A DNA stretch of 64,000 nt from the human T2T-CHM13v2.0 reference genome, Homo sapiens: the NCBI RefSeq assembly GCF_009914755.1, contig NC_060928.1. One strand, given 5' to 3'. The notes beneath the pieces are model-generated. The model saw nothing but the letters and a program-made list of their open reading frames with translations, ran no database searches and had not been told where the DNA came from. A program made the translations under genes and the position numbers. Positions within the stretch are counted from its first letter, which is position 1, and each line of letters begins with the position of its first letter. This document shows positions 58,846 to 64,000 of this stretch, piece after piece.

Positions 58846-61800
58846 TTTGAAAACTCCATACCAATTATAATCAGACCAATTAAATCAGAATCTCCAGGGG
58901 TAGGAACCAGGCATCTGTGTTTTAAAAAACTCCCAGATGATTTACTACATGTTGCCAAGATTGAGCATTACCACTCTAAGAGGAATTCTCATATCAGCTG
59001 CTGAGAAAATTAATTTTCTGTGTTTTCTTACCCTAATACTCTTCAAAGATAGTAAAAGTGCATGAATGTGTACTTCCCCCAACGATGCTGCCATTACTTA
59101 GAATATATTTCAAACTCCTTTTTTTTGGAATTGCTTTTAGTCAATTTGCCAGCCACTGCTAGAAAATTCTTTTCACTGCCCACGGCAGGATTTGGGGGAG
59201 TGCTGCAGAGCTGTGTGTGCACCTGAGGAGACCATCCTCCCTCTGGCTGTGCCGGAATCCACAGCAGGATGAAAGTGGATACAGAACCCAGCAGGATCCT
59301 AGCAAGGCCACTACTCCAGGCACACCCCAAACACTCCCCATTTCATCTTCTTAATGCTTAGAGTCATAAAGCAGGCTAGCATTAGAACTGATTTTCTGTC
59401 TCCTCCTGGGAAGTGTTCAGAATTAACATTCCTATGCCTTAAGTTTTCATTTACCTCAGCTACCACGAGTTCCATTCTCTCCCAGCCTATCCCTCAACTT
59501 TGGACTCAAACCCATCAGACTGTGAACATCCCCTAATCTGATTCAAGCTCCCTACTCCTCAATACTTGCACTGTGTGCTCTGGAACCCTGACATCTACAA
59601 AATGCCCTGCATTCTCCATTACTTCTTTGAATGCTTCCTCCCCCTTCTTAGTCTAATGGAAACTTGGCTTTTCCACAGAAACACAGCTTTCTCAATACCT
59701 GCAATATCCCAGTGCACACAGGAAATACCCAAGAAATGCTGAATACAGGAATGACTCATAGTGCCATTAATAATACTTTAGACTTTGGGCAGAGGAACAA
59801 GATACCATGAGAGAATGAGAGATGCTGGTAATATATTCATGTGTAAGTGCCAAGTCTTCAGATCAGGTGAAAGACCATGGCTTATGATATTGATTAGATA
59901 CTATTTCAGAATCATCAGCAAAGAAGTGAGAGTCATGACTATAGCCTCTATGCAGAAATTGATGATGAAAGAAAAGAGATTGCATGCTAAGCTTCAGTGG
60001 ACACTTACTCGCAAAATAAGAGAAAGATTGAGAACTCTCAAAAGGCAGAAAATACAGAGATAGAGACATAAAGGAAACAAAGAGGCAAAAAAAGACTAGT
60101 TCATGGAAACTTAGAGAAGAGAGTGGTGTTCTGCAGCACTGGTCACAAGCAAAATCAGTTCTGTATTTAGCTGGAAGAAACAGAACATGTTCAGTGAGTG
60201 AATTTGGAGGAGCATTTGGACATTGTGAAGAAAAAGATAAAAAGGAGGAAAAAACAAAACAAAATGAGGAGGAACAGGCTGCAGATAAGGACAGGTAAAT
60301 TTGGTGGCCCTAAGGAGGCAATGGACAAATCCACTTCTGCAGTCTAGCCCAGTAAATCAGAGAAGAGAACAGAGACAAAAGTTTCCTAAAGGAAAGGGCC
60401 ATGGCAGAGCAACTCCACCCTCATATGAGTAACAAAAAACTCATAAACATGTGCCATTTATAATATTTGGGTGCAGAGAATCGCCACTTCTGCTAGCTCC
60501 ATGTTGGAAGGAGTCCTGGGGAGTAGAGAGTGAGTCAACTGGTAGATCAAAGGTAAGCCGATAAGCCAATGATGGTAAGGTGGATGAAAGGAATTGAATG
60601 TCAGCTTGCCTCCATGCTGGGCACACTTAGATGCTGTGGATCAGCTGTATCTCTTTCCAACTTTAGTGTAATTCATGTAAAAACATGTTTGTGGCTACAC
60701 TTTGCCTCACCTATTATTCATGGTCCCAGCAGTGTACAAAAGAAAACTCAATGTCTTTGCTCAGTGGTGTGCTGGGAAAGCAACTGTTTGATTTCTGGGT
60801 TTGTTTTTTTTTTTTTCACTTTTTTAAAAAACAGGCCTAACTAGTAAGTGCTGATTTCCATGATGTGAATACTCCCACCACAACCAGTTTTAAGATAACA
60901 ACATGATGTCCCTGAAAGGGGACCTGAGTAGAGTTGTGCACACTGGGCTCTGTAAGGCAGTGTGGCTGGCTCCAAAGAGACAAGTGTAACTGGTTTGGGC
61001 TGGGGCTGGCGCAGGCCATTTTCAAAAGCCCTTCAGGAGATTCTCTGTGTAGCCAGGTCTAAGAGCCATTACCTACTTCAAGTAGTACTTAACAAACTTT
61101 TTTTTTCCTTATAAAGACCTGAGCTGACTTCTCTAGTGCTTATCAAACTTTAATGTGCACGTGAAACAATTGAGAACCTTGTTAAAAAGCAGGTTTTGAC
61201 TCAATAGGTGCTGCTGGTCCCCAGCAAGAAAGAGGAATGGACTGAAAGAAGAATAAAACAGTCATTCACAGTCTTAGCATTGTCAGAAATATTTGAGAGA
61301 CAGGCAATGTAGAGATGTCACAAACTGGAAGTCCATGAATTATTTCTGACCAAGCCATAGAGATGTTTTCTTTTACCTGATTGCATTTTACTTTTTGTAT
61401 TTGACTTAGAAGTCAGCATCATAAAAATCTGTATTCCCAGCTTTTCAGAAGGAGAGGTGGGGAAGCAAGAACAACAACAAAAGAAGATGTGACAATCCTG
61501 GGCACCACTCCAGCATGCTGCAATCCTGCCCCCTTTAGAGGAGACAGTCTTCCTTTTGTCGCCGTTGCTTCCTGGTGATCTTCATTGCTTTGTTTGTGTT
61601 TCCTACCTCACCCCTGAAGGAATTTGAGGGGTATTCATATTTTAGGTTTTTACATAACTATATATATATATATTTTTTTTTTCCTCCCCAGTTGCACTAC
61701 TTTTCTGTCTCATTTCCTGCCATTCCCCACATATAACCTGTGCATTCTTGCAATGCCTTGCACGGTATTCTTGGAACACACCATCTTCTTTCTTCCCTCC

Positions 61801-62666
61801 AACTTGGCACTGACCCCTATTCCTAGAACACACTCCATCCTCTGCTGGAAAGAGTCTAAATTATTCTCTGAATTATTCTTCCAGACCCAGCTTGAACATC
61901 ACATCCTTCAGGAAGCCTTCCTGACTCTTCTGTGCTCGTAGAGCAAAGTGGATCCTTTTTCTATCAAATCCTGTTTTTGCTCATTTTGGGGCCATCTCCT
62001 ATTCTCTGAGGTCCTGAAGGGCACAGATAGACTTTACTCACTTTTGTACTCTCAAGGTAGAACACTTTTCCAGATAGGAGATCCTCAATAGCTTTGTAAA
62101 ATAATAAATTATGAATTAATTTTTGGCTCTTAGATTACATTCTCTTGAACTTTGGTTAATTTATCAAGGAAATTTTGCAATGATTATCCTGTCCTATAAT
62201 GCGCAAGTTAATTCTATTTTCATATTGATCTCTAGCCCCTCTGCATGCTCTCACCTCTCCCTCGCACTTCAATTTTGGTATTATTTACTCAATTTATAAG
62301 ATCATTATTTATTCTATAAATCTGGTCCCAGATAAACATAGGCCACCTCCAATTAAACACCCCTTAATAGAATTAATACCTTATACTTTCATGGCATGAC
62401 CAATATTTTTCAAAGCACTTTTACTAACACACTTTATTCTCACACTAACCCTATAAAATAAATGAGCAATATATTACTCTCCTTCAGTATTTAGAAGCTA
62501 AAGTGAAATGTTCTCCATGAAGTAAGAAGCAGGGAGAAAAGAAAACTTGAGAAAAACCTTGGCAGTGCCCAAATAAGCCCTGAGGATGGAAGATGCACCA
62601 TATGGCCTTTCTTGGCCATGATTCCCCAACATGAACTGGAGCTAAAGATCTGGCTCACTGCACTTT

Positions 62667-62977
62667 TTTTTTTTTTTTTTTTTTTGAGATGGAGTCTTGC
62701 TCTGTCACCCAGGTTGGAGTGCAGTAGCGTGATCTCGGCTCACTGCAACCTCTGCCTCCCGGGGTCAAGCCAAGTCTCCTGCCTCAACCTCCTGAGCAGC
62801 TGGGACTATAGGTGCGTGCCACGACGCCCGGCTAATTTTTTGTTGTTGTTTGTATTTTTAGTAGAGACGGGGTTTCACCGTGTTAGCCAGAATGGTCTCG
62901 ATCTCATGACCTCGTGATCCGCCCGCCTCGGCCTCCCAAAGTGTTGGGATTACAGGCGTGAGCCACCACGCCTGGCC
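62667..62977 (-). mobile_element. AluS/Y with TSD
   Basis: Flanks ctcactgcacttt at 62654-62666 and 62981-62993. Confidence 0.93.
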
Positions 62978-64000
62978 AGACTCACTGCACTTTCAAACTT
63001 CTCTAATCCCTAATATTTTACTGAAAAATTGCGACCAAGACATACTAAATTAACATGTATTACAGCCAAAATAGTAATCCAGTTCTTTTGATCCCCACCA
63101 TAAAATCCCACTTTGCATAATTATTTTCACCTTTACAAATGGAGCTATAATCATCCCCAGCACAAAGAAGCCTCATAAATCTGCTTTCACAAACATTTAG
63201 AAATGAAAACTCATGTGCTTTTCCCCAAAAACCAAGTTCCGTATGATGATCAAAAAATACCCCATTAATTTTATGGAGTTAGTTGCACTGAGCAACTTTA
63301 AAATGCCCAAATACAATTACTGCATCAGAGTGCATAAGAAAGTCTCTAATCCATAAATCAAGGTCTTACTTTCCACATTGTGTATTACTTTCAAGTCAAT
63401 GCTCTGTACTCAATGTTTAATGCTTTTTTGAAAATATTTACATTATAGATTGATAAGAATCAAGGACTTTAACATTCTGACTGACTAACAGCAAACTCAG
63501 TTTAAGCTAATGGGAAAAAAAGCAATGCTCACGATCTCAAATTGGTAATGGTAGGATGAAACACCCTCCATGAGTTTAAGAGAATTAGTAATGGGATAGA
63601 AATAGCAGAGATTGAAGGCATAATGATCTATTTCTCTTACATTTCTAACCATTTTGATGTGGCCACAAGAATACACCCAACCGTGAAAAAGGGGAGGCCC
63701 ATGGTGCACCTTAAGCACTGGTGAGAATACAACACACTACTGCTCCTGGGTTTACACCAGGGCATTCTCCAACTGTGTTCTTGGAAAAGCTGGATCATCT
63801 CGAGAAATATATCTTTTTTTCCAACCTCCACACACTGCTCCCAACTCAGTGACTCCACCTCTCCTCTGTCATTTTTTTTCCCCCATTATACGGAAGGAGG
63901 AGAATGTTATCTCTTCTTTTATAATAGGAGGGCATCAGTTTTCTGTGTTCCTTCTTCCTGCATGACACTTAATACAGTTTTTAAAAGGACTAGTTCAATA

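Overview
AT-rich, repeat-dense mammalian DNA, almost certainly human (AluY, L1PA and MLT2A elements present). It holds coding exons 2-6 of QRFPR (GPR103, the 26RFa/QRFP neuropeptide GPCR) on the minus strand. All splice junctions are GT-AG and in phase. Exon 1 is not in the window, so everything above 24915 is intron 1. Intron 1 contains a full-length processed pseudogene of KIAA1191 (p33MONOX) with poly(A) tail, target-site duplication (TSD) and two 1-bp frameshifts. The QRFPR 3' UTR region contains a sense-oriented Y3 RNA retrocopy with an intact terminal stem, followed by an AluY. Other notable structures are a 125-bp inverted duplication in intron 3, short local duplications, a nested L1/MER44 stack, an ERVL reverse-transcriptase remnant and an MLT2A solo LTR with DUX4-like sites. 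I found no evidence for a wholly new gene system. Gene and repeat names come from recalled sequences, not database searches, and repeat boundaries without TSDs are approximate.
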